Assembly (NCBI GenBank): GCA_013359235.1 | Contig: JABWCE010000009.1 | Span: 8,796 to 72,795 of the forward strand | Length of the DNA: 64,000 nt | Direction of reading: 5' to 3' | Source of the DNA: Bacteroidota bacterium | GTDB taxonomy: Bacteria; Bacteroidota; Bacteroidia; NS11-12g; UBA9320 | Part shown: positions 1-9,353 of the stretch, piece after piece | Numbering within the stretch: the stretch's first letter is position 1 | How the letters are laid out: every line of letters begins with the position of its first letter | Made by a program: the position numbers and the translations under genes | The notes under the pieces: generated by a model | Seen by the model: the letters and a program-made list of their open reading frames with translations, nothing else | Database searches by the model: none | Told to the model about the DNA's origin: nothing

Positions 1-2
1 AG

Positions 3-1958
3 TTGTGTTTAAATAAAAAATATCTGATAGGTGCAGCAGTGTCTTCAATAGGCATTGCATTGCAGCTTCAGGCCAATCACTACCAAATTACTTATTATGT
101 ATTGATTATATTACTTTGCTGGGGAATTTCAGAATTCATAATAGCAATAAAAACAAAAGCTATAAAACAACTTGTAGTTTCGGTTTTAATTTTTGCAATT
201 TCTTCAATAATTGGCGTAGGAACAAATGCAGTATCATTATTACTAACAAAAGATTACTCCGAAGAAACCATAAGAGGAAAATCAGAGCTTACAATATCAT
301 CAGACAATAAGAAAAAAGAGGTGCAAAGCAGCGGGCTTGATATTGACTATGCATTTGACTGGAGCCAAGGCTGGGAAGATTTGCCCACTATACTTATTCC
401 TAATTTTGCCGGCGGTGGTAGCGGTACTGAATTAGGAAACAATGACCAAACCAAAAAATATCTTCAGCAAATGGCACAAAGCCAAGATCAACAGCAGGCT
501 CAGCAAGCTCAGTATTTTTTAAATCAAAAAACCAATCCATGGGCATATTGGGGGTCGCTGCCATTTACGTCAGGTCCTGTATATTTTGGTGCCCTAATAT
601 TGTTTTTGTTCACTGCCGGTATGTTTTATTTTCCCCGAAACGATATTCAAAAATGGTGGTGGCTTGCAGCATTGGTGCTTTCATTGTTTCTGTCAATGGG
701 TAAAAATCTTATGTGGTTTAATAGTATTTTCTTTCATTATTTTCCTATGTACAACAAATTTCGCTCAGTAAATATGTCATTGGTAATTGGACAAATTGTA
801 GTTGCAATATTCGCAGCCATTTCATTAAATAAAATTTTAGCTGAAAATGTTGACAAAGCAAAAGCCAAAAGTGCATTGAAAAAGGCACTTTATATTACAG
901 GAGGTTTTTGTTTATTGATGATTCTTTATTCGGGTGCAGCCGAACTGGGTGACCCTACAAAAGCTCCCGCCGAAACAATGGCTGACAGAGCTTCTTATTT
1001 AAGAAAAGACGCTTTGAGATCGCTTTTTTTCATTGTTGCCGGATTTGCTGCATTTTGGTATTATTTTAAGGAGAAATTAACATCAGTGCATATTAAAATT
1101 GCTGTTGGAATTATTATATTACTCGATCTTTGGCTTGTTGACCGCCGTTATCTGAATGACAAGAGTTGGGAAAAAGAAAAATCATATCAATCTGCAAATT
1201 TTACCCCAAACGAAGCTGATTTAGAAATATTGAAAGACAAATCGTATTACCGCGTTTTCGATGCTACAGCAAGTGCCTTCAATAGTGCAAGAGCATCGTA
1301 TTTTCATCATTCTGTCGGAGGCTATCACGCTGCAAAACTTCGCAGATTTCAGGAAGTTGTAGAATGGCATATTACAAAAAATGATATGGATATAATGAAT
1401 ATGCTAAATGTAAAATATTACATAATGCAAGACCAAACAACAGGTAAATATTTTGCACAGAAAAATGATAGTGCCTGTGGCAATGCATGGTTTGTAAAAG
1501 AGTATAAAATAATGAAAAACTCTGATGAAGAAATTAAAACCTTGGGTACAATAGCCCCTTCAAAAACTGCAATTGTTGACAAAAGATATGAAAATATGTT
1601 GAAGAATGAAAATTTTAGATTTGACTCTTCGGCAACTATAAAATTTGAAAAATACGACCCCGATAAATTGCAATACAGTTACACTTCTGCAAGCCCGCAG
1701 ATAGTAGTGTTTTCAGAAATATATTACAACGAAAAAAAAGGATGGAATGCGTATATTGATGGGAAAAAAGTACCACATTTCAGATGTGATTATATTTTGA
1801 GGGGCATGGTAGTTCCGGAAGGTTCTCATAAAATTGAATTCAGGTTTGAACCTCAAAATTTCAACGCATCAAAAAATATTGCACTAGCAAGTAATGCAGC
1901 TATGTATTTATTGCTATTTGCAGGAATTGGTTCTTTGTTTTTTAAGAAAAAAAAATGA
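3..1958 (+). CDS. YfhO-family polytopic membrane protein (GT-C-like glycosyltransferase), 5'-truncated by the window
   Basis: Many hydrophobic segments; motifs HYQITYY, YWG.LPFTSGPVYFG, GGYHAAKLRR, VVFSEIYY..GW, LRG..VP.G.H.IEF.FEP typical of Bacteroidota YfhO proteins; true start probably lies upstream. Confidence 0.85.
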   Translation: MCLNKKYLIGAAVSSIGIALQLQANHYQITYYVLIILLCWGISEFIIAIKTKAIKQLVVSVLIFAISSIIGVGTNAVSLLLTKDYSEETIRGKSELTISSDNKKKEVQSSGLDIDYAFDWSQGWEDLPTILIPNFAGGGSGTELGNNDQTKKYLQQMAQSQDQQQAQQAQYFLNQKTNPWAYWGSLPFTSGPVYFGALILFLFTAGMFYFPRNDIQKWWWLAALVLSLFLSMGKNLMWFNSIFFHYFPMYNKFRSVNMSLVIGQIVVAIFAAISLNKILAENVDKAKAKSALKKALYITGGFCLLMILYSGAAELGDPTKAPAETMADRASYLRKDALRSLFFIVAGFAAFWYYFKEKLTSVHIKIAVGIIILLDLWLVDRRYLNDKSWEKEKSYQSANFTPNEADLEILKDKSYYRVFDATASAFNSARASYFHHSVGGYHAAKLRRFQEVVEWHITKNDMDIMNMLNVKYYIMQDQTTGKYFAQKNDSACGNAWFVKEYKIMKNSDEEIKTLGTIAPSKTAIVDKRYENMLKNENFRFDSSATIKFEKYDPDKLQYSYTSASPQIVVFSEIYYNEKKGWNAYIDGKKVPHFRCDYILRGMVVPEGSHKIEFRFEPQNFNASKNIALASNAAMYLLLFAGIGSLFFKKKK

Positions 1959-1967
1959 AGAAAAATA

Positions 1968-3098
1968 ATGCTTTTTGAAGAAATACCCGGGCAGGAAGTT
2001 GTAAAAGAGAAACTTTTAAGTTTATACAATCAACAAAGATTGCCTAATACTCTTATGTTAAGCGGTGGCGAAGGTTGTTGTTCACTTGCACTTGCTGTTG
2101 CTTTTGCACAATACATAATGTGTGTGGGACAAAAAGGAAATGATGCCTGCAACCAGTGCGATAATTGCTCAAAAACTTCATCGTTTATTCATCCTGATTT
2201 GCATTTTAGTTTTCCGGTTATAAATTCGGAAGGTGCAAAAACAAGTGATGCCTTTATTACAGAATGGCGAAACGAATTTGCCCAAAATCCTTTTTTGAGC
2301 TATAAACAATGGATTGAAGCTATAAAAGATAAAGATGAGCAAAATAAACAAGGAAATATAACCGCCGAAGAATGTAGGGCAATTATTAGAAAATTAAGCC
2401 TTAAATCTTATGAAGGAGGGAAAAAAATAATGATTATCTGGCTTCCCGAATTTATGGGAAATTCATCTAATATTTTACTCAAAGTATTAGAAGAACCTCC
2501 CGAAAACACACATTTTATATTTGTTACCGAAGAAATAAATAAAATATTATCAACTGTAATTTCGCGTTCACAGATTATAAATGTACCGCCTCTGAGTTTT
2601 GACGAATTAAAAGATTTTTTAATTGAAAAATATGAATTATCAACCACAGATGCTACCAATATTTCGTATATAAGCAAAGGAAATATTTGCACTGCAATAG
2701 AAATGACTGATGAAACAGATACTACATATACCGAAAATATAAGAAATTGGTTTTTGTACTGTTACAGCCGCAACAATAAAAATATTTTTGAATGGATAAA
2801 CTCTACTTCGGCAATGGGAAGAGAAAAAATTAAAAAACTGCTCGAAAACTGTAATTATATACTCAACGAGTGTCTTCACTGTATTCACATTGTTGATTAC
2901 AAACCCAAAGTACCATCGGCAAATGAAAAATTTGTAATTGATTTAAGTAAAATTTTAAACTCAGAAAAAATTCAAAAAATATACACAGAAATAAATCAAA
3001 CAATTTATCATATAGAACGTAACTCAAATGCAAGAATATCATTGACAAACCTTTCGTTTTTAGTTAGAAATATTTTTCATAACAAAACATTCAATTAA
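1968..3098 (+). CDS. holB: DNA polymerase III subunit delta'
   Basis: IPGQ start, C..C..C zinc cluster, HPDLHFSFPV, N.LLK.LEEPP, TVISRSQ (SRC-like) motif. Confidence 0.9.
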   Translation: MLFEEIPGQEVVKEKLLSLYNQQRLPNTLMLSGGEGCCSLALAVAFAQYIMCVGQKGNDACNQCDNCSKTSSFIHPDLHFSFPVINSEGAKTSDAFITEWRNEFAQNPFLSYKQWIEAIKDKDEQNKQGNITAEECRAIIRKLSLKSYEGGKKIMIIWLPEFMGNSSNILLKVLEEPPENTHFIFVTEEINKILSTVISRSQIINVPPLSFDELKDFLIEKYELSTTDATNISYISKGNICTAIEMTDETDTTYTENIRNWFLYCYSRNNKNIFEWINSTSAMGREKIKKLLENCNYILNECLHCIHIVDYKPKVPSANEKFVIDLSKILNSEKIQKIYTEINQTIYHIERNSNARISLTNLSFLVRNIFHNKTFN

Positions 3099-3159
3099 TT
3101 ATTATAAATTTAATATTTCAATTTAATATATCTTCGCTCCAAAATTTGAAATAAATAAA

Positions 3160-4368
3160 ATGGGGTGCGGAACATGTGCTACTTCCAAAAATGGTTGTGG
3201 CAACTCAAATATATACGGAACGAAGGGTTGTAATAAATTAAATACATTCAATTGGCTGCAGGATATAGAACTGCCCGATAATTTCACACCTTTTGATATT
3301 GTAGAAGTGAGATTTAAAGGTAGCCGAAAAGAATATTACCGGAATACAAACAATCTTGAACTGTACAATGGCGATGCTGTAGTTACCGAAAGTGACCTTG
3401 GGCATGACTTAGGCCATATTTCACTCACAGGCGAACTTGTAAAATTACAACTCAAAAAAGCTGAACTTACACAAGATAGTCAACAAATTAAAAAAATTTA
3501 TAGAAAAGCTACACAAGCCGATATTGACAAATATGATGAATATAAAGCAAAAGAATCTTCTACCCTCGAAAAAGCAAGAACAATTGCTCTTGAACTAAAG
3601 CTAGATATGAAGTTGAGCGATATAGAATTTCAGGGTGACGGAAGAAAAGTCATATTTTTCTATACTGCCGAAGAAAGAGTAGATTTTAGAGAACTTATTA
3701 AAAGATATGCTGCTGATTTTAAAACCAGAATAGAAATGCGTCAAATTAGCTATCGTGAAGAAGCAAGCCGCTTGGGCGGAATTGGCTCATGTGGAAGGGA
3801 GTTGTGTTGCAGCACTTGGTTTACCGATTTTAAAAATGTAAATATTTCTGTTGCACGACATCAGAATTTGAGCATCAATTTGCTTAAACTCTCTGGGCAA
3901 TGTGGCAAACTAAAATGTTGTTTGAACTTTGAACTTGATACATATTTAGAAGCAATAAATGATTTTCCGGGATTAGAAAGAATAAGTTTAAAAACCAAAG
4001 TTGGTATTGCAAATCTTCAAAAGGTAGATATTCTTAAAAGAATAATGTGGTTTACTTACAATGAAGCACCCGGAGATTGGATACCAATTGATGTAGAAAA
4101 AGTTAAAGAAATAATTGCAAAAAACTCAAAAGGCGAAATTCCAGAAACCCTAATTGACAAACCTATGGGAGCCGAAGTACAATCAAAAACAAATTTTAAA
4201 GTGGATGATATGCTTGAAGATTCAAAAATTGATAGGCTTGAGAGAAAAAATAACTCCCAGAACAAGAAGAGTTTTAGTAATAAAAACAACAACCCCAAAG
4301 GCAATCAAAACTTTAAAAGAAAAAACAAAGACAAAAGAAATAAACCCAAACCACCCCATAACAAATGA
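3160..4368 (+). CDS. ricT: PSP1-domain regulatory Fe-S protein (RicT/YaaT family)
   Basis: VEVRFKGSRKEYY, FFYTAEERVDFRELI, GGIGSCGRELCCS, KLSGQCGKLKCCLNFE; basic low-complexity tail; follows holB. Confidence 0.9.
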   Translation: MGCGTCATSKNGCGNSNIYGTKGCNKLNTFNWLQDIELPDNFTPFDIVEVRFKGSRKEYYRNTNNLELYNGDAVVTESDLGHDLGHISLTGELVKLQLKKAELTQDSQQIKKIYRKATQADIDKYDEYKAKESSTLEKARTIALELKLDMKLSDIEFQGDGRKVIFFYTAEERVDFRELIKRYAADFKTRIEMRQISYREEASRLGGIGSCGRELCCSTWFTDFKNVNISVARHQNLSINLLKLSGQCGKLKCCLNFELDTYLEAINDFPGLERISLKTKVGIANLQKVDILKRIMWFTYNEAPGDWIPIDVEKVKEIIAKNSKGEIPETLIDKPMGAEVQSKTNFKVDDMLEDSKIDRLERKNNSQNKKSFSNKNNNPKGNQNFKRKNKDKRNKPKPPHNK

Positions 4369-4535
4369 TTTTAAGTAATATTTAGGGATTATCTTCTAAA
4401 AATATGAAATGAAAATATTATTAAAATATTTTCTACTGTTTTTATATTCATTCAATACATATTTTAATAATTTATAACAAAAAACTACTCATTTTGATTT
4501 TATCAATTTAAAATTATATATGTTTTGAAAATGAC

Positions 4536-4549
4536 ATGATAATTATCAT
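4536..4549. promoter_or_regulatory. Perfect palindrome ATGAT-AATT-ATCAT, candidate Crp/Fnr-family (or Fur-like) operator
   Basis: 14-bp palindrome 34 nt before the activase start; related TTGAT-N3-ATCAA at 4494-4506. Confidence 0.4.
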
Positions 4550-4583
4550 ATTATATTAATCAATATTCTTTTTTGTTTGTTTT

Positions 4584-7500
4584 ATGGAAATTTCATCTAA
4601 TACGCAAAAAAACGAAAACAAAGACTTGTATTTAGGTTTAGATCTTGGTTCAATTTCGCTAAATACGGTTATTTTGGATCGTGAAAACAATATTCTTGAA
4701 AATTACTACGACCATTGCCATGGGCAACCTTTTTTGATGTTAAGAAAAAGATTAACCGACTTGCTTGAAAGATACGATATTTCACAATTTAAAATAGTAG
4801 GAATTACAGGCACAGGAGGAAAGTTAGCTTCTGACTTGGTCGGAGGGCAATTTATAAACGAAATTATAGCTCAGTCAAAATCTGTTTCAATTTTGTATCC
4901 TCATGCAAAAACAATAATAGAAATGGGGGGCGAAGATTCAAAACTTATTTTTATGGAAAACGGCAGCCAAAGCGAATCTTCAAGCCTTGCCGATTTTACC
5001 ATGAACGGTGTTTGTGCAGCCGGCACGGGTTCTTTCTTAGACCAACAGGCAAAAAGAATAGGAGTATCAATTGAAAAAGAATTTGGAGAAATGGCTTTAA
5101 AATCAGCTAATCCTCCACATATTGCAGGGCGTTGTAGTGTATTTGCAAAAAGCGATATGATACATTTGCAGCAAATAGCTACACCTGTACACGATATTGT
5201 AGCCGGATTGTGTTTTGCAGTTGCAAGAAATTTTAAAAGCAACTTGGCTAAAGGAAAAGAGCTTCAAAAACCGATAATTTTTCAGGGGGGAGTAGCAGCC
5301 AATGCCGGTGTAGTTCATGCTTTTGAAGATATTCTTAAACTTGAAAAGGGTGAATTGATTATTCCCCAATATCACGCTTCTATGGGTGCTCTCGGTGCAA
5401 TTTATTATGCAAAAGAAAATCCTGAAACTAATATTCCATTTAGGGGATTGAACGACCTTGAAGATTATTTACTTCAGTCTAATGGCAATAGTACAGGACT
5501 TACTCCATTAAAAGAATCAGAAGCTAAAGTAAATAAAACATCAACTTATAATTTTAACGGACATGGTAAAATACCTGTTTATCTTGGGATAGACGTAGGC
5601 TCATTGAGTACAAACGTAGTATTGATAGATGACAATAATAACGTAGTAGCCAGACGTTATTTGCCCACAGCAAGCCGTCCACTTGAAGCAATTCAACGTG
5701 GTTTAAGAGAAATTTTTGAAGAGTGTGGTAATAAAGTAGAAATAAGAGCTGCAGGTACAACAGGCTCGGGGCGATATCTTACCGGTGATTTTATAGGAGC
5801 AGATGTAATTCAAAACGAAATTACAGCACAAGCCACTGCTGCAATAGCTTACGACCCTACAGTAGATACAATTTTTGAAATTGGCGGGCAAGATTCAAAA
5901 TATATAAGTATTGAAAACGGCATTGTTATTGATTTTGAAATGAACAAAGTTTGTGCTGCCGGTACCGGCTCTTTTCTTGAAGAACAAGCCGAAAAACTTG
6001 ATATAAATATTGTTGAACAATTTGGAACTCTTGCATTGAGTTCAGAACAACCAACATCATTAGGTTGCAGATGCACTGTTTTTATTGAGTCAGAACTTAA
6101 TGCAAACCAGCAACGAGGCGAAAAAAACGAAAATCTTGTTGGCGGTTTGGCATATTCAATTGTGAACAATTACATACAGCGTGTGGTATGTAATAGAAAA
6201 ATAGGCGATAAAATTTTTTTTCAAGGAGGTGTAGCAAACAACAAAGGAGTGGTTGCGGCATTTGAAAAAGTTACAGGAAAATCAATCTTTATTCCACCAA
6301 ATTTTGATGTTACCGGAGCTATAGGAATGGCAATACTTGCAAAAGAAAAAGTTCAAGAAGTTGGGTATTCAAAATTTAAAGGTTTTGAAGTGAAAGATGC
6401 TTCATATACGCTTGATAAATTTATTTGCAAAGATAAAGATTGCCATGACTTTTGTGAAATAAGAATGGTAAAAATAGAAGGAGAAAAACGTCCTTTGTGC
6501 TATGGTGGAAGATGCGAAAAATATGAAATTGCAGAGCGAAAGAAAAAAACCGACGATATTCCAAACTTGTTTGACGAACGAGAAAAACTTCTTTTAGGTG
6601 ATTTTGATGAAGAGAGAAACAAAGGTGCAATTTCAATAGGCATTCCTCGTGAACTTGTTCTTTTTTATCAAGATTTTCCATTTTGGCGAACATTCTTTTA
6701 CGAACTTGGATTTAACATAGTAATATCAAAGCCAACCGATAGGGCTCTTGTTTCAAAATCGCTCGAAATGCTTACATCAGAAACATGTTTTCCTATTGAA
6801 GTAGTTCACGGACATATTTTAGATTTAATAAACCGCAATGTTGACCATATTTTTGTACCATTTGTAGTAAATGCTAAACCTGCTCCAAACAATCCCACTT
6901 CAAACTGCAATTGCCCTTGGATACAATCATATCCATTTATGGTAAAATCAGCCCTTGTTGGAAATCAGGGAAGAGATAAACTTTTGATCCCTACATTTCA
7001 CCCACGCTTTTTCGATAGAGTTTTTGTAAAAGAAGTTGTAGAATTTATGAAAACTCAGTTTGGTACAGACAAGTCAAAAGTGAAAAATGCCATTTACAAA
7101 GCACAAGAAAAACAAGTTGAATTTGAAAATTCTCTTGTTAAAAGAGGTAAAGAAATATTAGAAAACCTGCCTGAAGAAAGAGAGGCAATGGTAATTTTAG
7201 GAAGGTCTTACAATACAGGCGACCCTGAAATGAACCTACGACTTGTTGAAAAACTAATAAACTTAAATGTTTTGCCAATTCCGCTTGATTTTCTCCCGTT
7301 GAATGAAGAAAATATTTTTGATGAATTTCCTAATATGTATTGGCCCGGTGGCAGGAGAATTTTAGCCGGTGCCCGTATTGTAGCTAAAAACCCTAAACTT
7401 TATGCAATATACATGAGCAATTTCAGATGTGGACCCGATTCGTTTATAACACATTTTGCAACAGAAGTATTAAAAGGAAAACCTTCAATACAACTTGAAA

Positions 7501-8855
7501 TTGATGAGCACTCGGCTGATGCAGGATTAATCACCAGACTTGAAGCATTTCTCGACAGTATAAGAAAAAAAGGTAGAAAACCCCATGAATATAAACCGAA
7601 AACTGCGGTTGATTTTAAACAAGCCTCTCCTACAAACGACAGAGTTTTGTGGTGGCCTTATATGAATGATAGTTCATACATTGCAGCGGCTGCAGCACGT
7701 AGTTGTGGTATTGAATCTTATTCATTGCCAGTTCAAACAAAAGATGATTTGGAATTGGGCAGAAAATTTACAAATGGGAAAGAATGTTTCCCTCAAATAT
7801 GTACAATTGGTTCATTTGTGAAAAAATTACAACAACCGGGAATTGATGCAAAAAAAATAAGTTTCTTTATGCCCGACCATAATGGACCATGCCGTTTTGG
7901 ACAATACAACCAGCTTGACAAAATAATTTTTGAAAGACTTGGAATGAAAGATGTGAAAATAGTTAGCCCTTCAAATGATGGCTCATACTCTGATATTACA
8001 CCCGGAAGTGGTACAAAATTTAGAATGAATGTATGGAAAGGCTTTGTTGCTGTTGACTTGATAAGAAAATTACAACAACAATATCGCCCTTATGAAGTAA
8101 ATAAAGGAGAAACAGACATGATTTATAAAAATGCACTAAAGCAAATTGAAAATTGTGTGGAAAATGATTGCCGTGGCTTGTCGGAAGTACTTGAAACAGC
8201 AGGCAAAAATTTTAAAACTATAAAAATTTACGACATTCCGCGTAAGCCAGTTGTTTCGCTGGTTGGCGAAATATTTATGCGTGATAATGTGTTTTGCAGT
8301 GGAAATATTGTTGCCAGATTAGAAGAATTGGGAGCAGAAACATATATGGCTCCATTTTCTGAGTGGTTTTTTTACTCAACATATCGCTACACTCGTGACA
8401 GCAAATGGAAAGGCGATATTATGGGAATTATTAAATCAAAAATTCAACAATTCGGGCAGCATGCTTCATATCATAAATTGATGAAAGCTGTTGAAGATAT
8501 TGTTGATCATGAAAAAGAGGTTCCACTTGATGCTATGCTTGAACTTACAGCACCTTATGTACATAAAGATTATGATGGCGATCCGGTATTGGCAATCGGT
8601 TCGTCATCGGCACTATCTAAAAAAGGAGTTTCGGGTATTTGCAATATCCTTCCATTTACATGTATGCCAGGTACTTTGATATGTTCTGTTGCAGGCAGTT
8701 TCAGAAAAGACCACAACAATATACCTTGGGTTGATTATGCTTACGATGGCCAGCAGGATGTTTCTACCGATACAAAACTGCAGGCTTTTATGTATCAGGT
8801 AAAAGAATATCAGCAAAGAGAAAATGCTCATACAATGAAACCAATTCTTGTTTAA
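4584..8855 (+). CDS. Fused CoA-substrate-specific enzyme activase: two BcrAD/BadFG ASKHA ATPase domains plus DUF2229/2-hydroxyacyl-CoA dehydratase-like region
   Basis: Two copies of G.D.GS...T...GTG/GSG...E.GG.DSK...MN..CAAGTGSFL..QA; later ETCFP..V.HGH, SNFRCGPDSF, IDEHSADAG.ITRLEAF, PF.CMPG. Confidence 0.88.
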   Translation: MEISSNTQKNENKDLYLGLDLGSISLNTVILDRENNILENYYDHCHGQPFLMLRKRLTDLLERYDISQFKIVGITGTGGKLASDLVGGQFINEIIAQSKSVSILYPHAKTIIEMGGEDSKLIFMENGSQSESSSLADFTMNGVCAAGTGSFLDQQAKRIGVSIEKEFGEMALKSANPPHIAGRCSVFAKSDMIHLQQIATPVHDIVAGLCFAVARNFKSNLAKGKELQKPIIFQGGVAANAGVVHAFEDILKLEKGELIIPQYHASMGALGAIYYAKENPETNIPFRGLNDLEDYLLQSNGNSTGLTPLKESEAKVNKTSTYNFNGHGKIPVYLGIDVGSLSTNVVLIDDNNNVVARRYLPTASRPLEAIQRGLREIFEECGNKVEIRAAGTTGSGRYLTGDFIGADVIQNEITAQATAAIAYDPTVDTIFEIGGQDSKYISIENGIVIDFEMNKVCAAGTGSFLEEQAEKLDINIVEQFGTLALSSEQPTSLGCRCTVFIESELNANQQRGEKNENLVGGLAYSIVNNYIQRVVCNRKIGDKIFFQGGVANNKGVVAAFEKVTGKSIFIPPNFDVTGAIGMAILAKEKVQEVGYSKFKGFEVKDASYTLDKFICKDKDCHDFCEIRMVKIEGEKRPLCYGGRCEKYEIAERKKKTDDIPNLFDEREKLLLGDFDEERNKGAISIGIPRELVLFYQDFPFWRTFFYELGFNIVISKPTDRALVSKSLEMLTSETCFPIEVVHGHILDLINRNVDHIFVPFVVNAKPAPNNPTSNCNCPWIQSYPFMVKSALVGNQGRDKLLIPTFHPRFFDRVFVKEVVEFMKTQFGTDKSKVKNAIYKAQEKQVEFENSLVKRGKEILENLPEEREAMVILGRSYNTGDPEMNLRLVEKLINLNVLPIPLDFLPLNEENIFDEFPNMYWPGGRRILAGARIVAKNPKLYAIYMSNFRCGPDSFITHFATEVLKGKPSIQLEIDEHSADAGLITRLEAFLDSIRKKGRKPHEYKPKTAVDFKQASPTNDRVLWWPYMNDSSYIAAAAARSCGIESYSLPVQTKDDLELGRKFTNGKECFPQICTIGSFVKKLQQPGIDAKKISFFMPDHNGPCRFGQYNQLDKIIFERLGMKDVKIVSPSNDGSYSDITPGSGTKFRMNVWKGFVAVDLIRKLQQQYRPYEVNKGETDMIYKNALKQIENCVENDCRGLSEVLETAGKNFKTIKIYDIPRKPVVSLVGEIFMRDNVFCSGNIVARLEELGAETYMAPFSEWFFYSTYRYTRDSKWKGDIMGIIKSKIQQFGQHASYHKLMKAVEDIVDHEKEVPLDAMLELTAPYVHKDYDGDPVLAIGSSSALSKKGVSGICNILPFTCMPGTLICSVAGSFRKDHNNIPWVDYAYDGQQDVSTDTKLQAFMYQVKEYQQRENAHTMKPILV

Positions 8856-8896
8856 AAAAAATGTTTTTTAAAACTGAAAGTTTTTAGATTTATTAG

Positions 8897-9263
8897 TGGA
8901 GTTGCGGGGATTCGAACCCCGGTCCGGCGATGGAATTAATTGAGCTTTCTACATGTTTATCGTTAATTGGTTTCAGTACTTTAGGAGGTTTAACGATTAC
9001 CGTTTAAAGTCTTGTTCTGATTAATAAATTCAACAAGTATCAGAAACCTTTGTTAAATTTCTTCGGATTTTCGACCGCCTTTTACCATACCTGCCGAAGA
9101 AGAGGTATGAAGGCGGATGACATTTACCTAATCTCTGATTAGGCAGCCATTGCGAAGTTGTATTCGCCTTTTATTTTTTGAACCTTCAGATTATAGAGCA
9201 ACAGGAACAACGCTCTACATGCTTACTCATCAATTGCTCAACCCGTCAATTCCGTTCAACCCC
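8897..9263 (-). ncRNA. ssrA: tmRNA; tag reading frame 9168-9139 encodes (A)GEYNFAMAA*
   Basis: Minus strand begins GGGGTTGAACGGAATTGAC and ends GGGGTTCGAATCCCCGCAACTCCA; acceptor stem GGGGTTG/CAACTCC has the G3-U alanine determinant; T-loop GTTCGAAT; tag ends in AA*. Confidence 0.95.
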
Positions 9264-9282
9264 AATTGATTTTTTTAAAATA

Positions 9283-9290
9283 CAAAGTTA
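9283..9290 (-). promoter_or_regulatory. Bacteroidota -7 promoter element (TAACTTTG) for ssrA
   Basis: Matches TAnnTTTG about 20 nt upstream of the mature tmRNA 5' end. Confidence 0.6.
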
Positions 9291-9353
9291 ATAAAATATG
9301 CAAAATATATACCTTTATGGTTTAAAAATTTCATTTAAACTAACTTCGCAGCA

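Noticed and set aside
2443-2460. TTCCCGAATTTATGGGAA in holB resembling the TCCCG-CGGGA hairpins
   Set aside because: Right arm is TGGGA, not CGGGA, and it encodes the conserved WLPE.M region; probably chance
4369-4583. att-site copy of the tmRNA 3' end bounding an island around the activase
   Set aside because: No match to GTGGAGTTGCGGGG found in this AT-rich spacer and no integrase nearby
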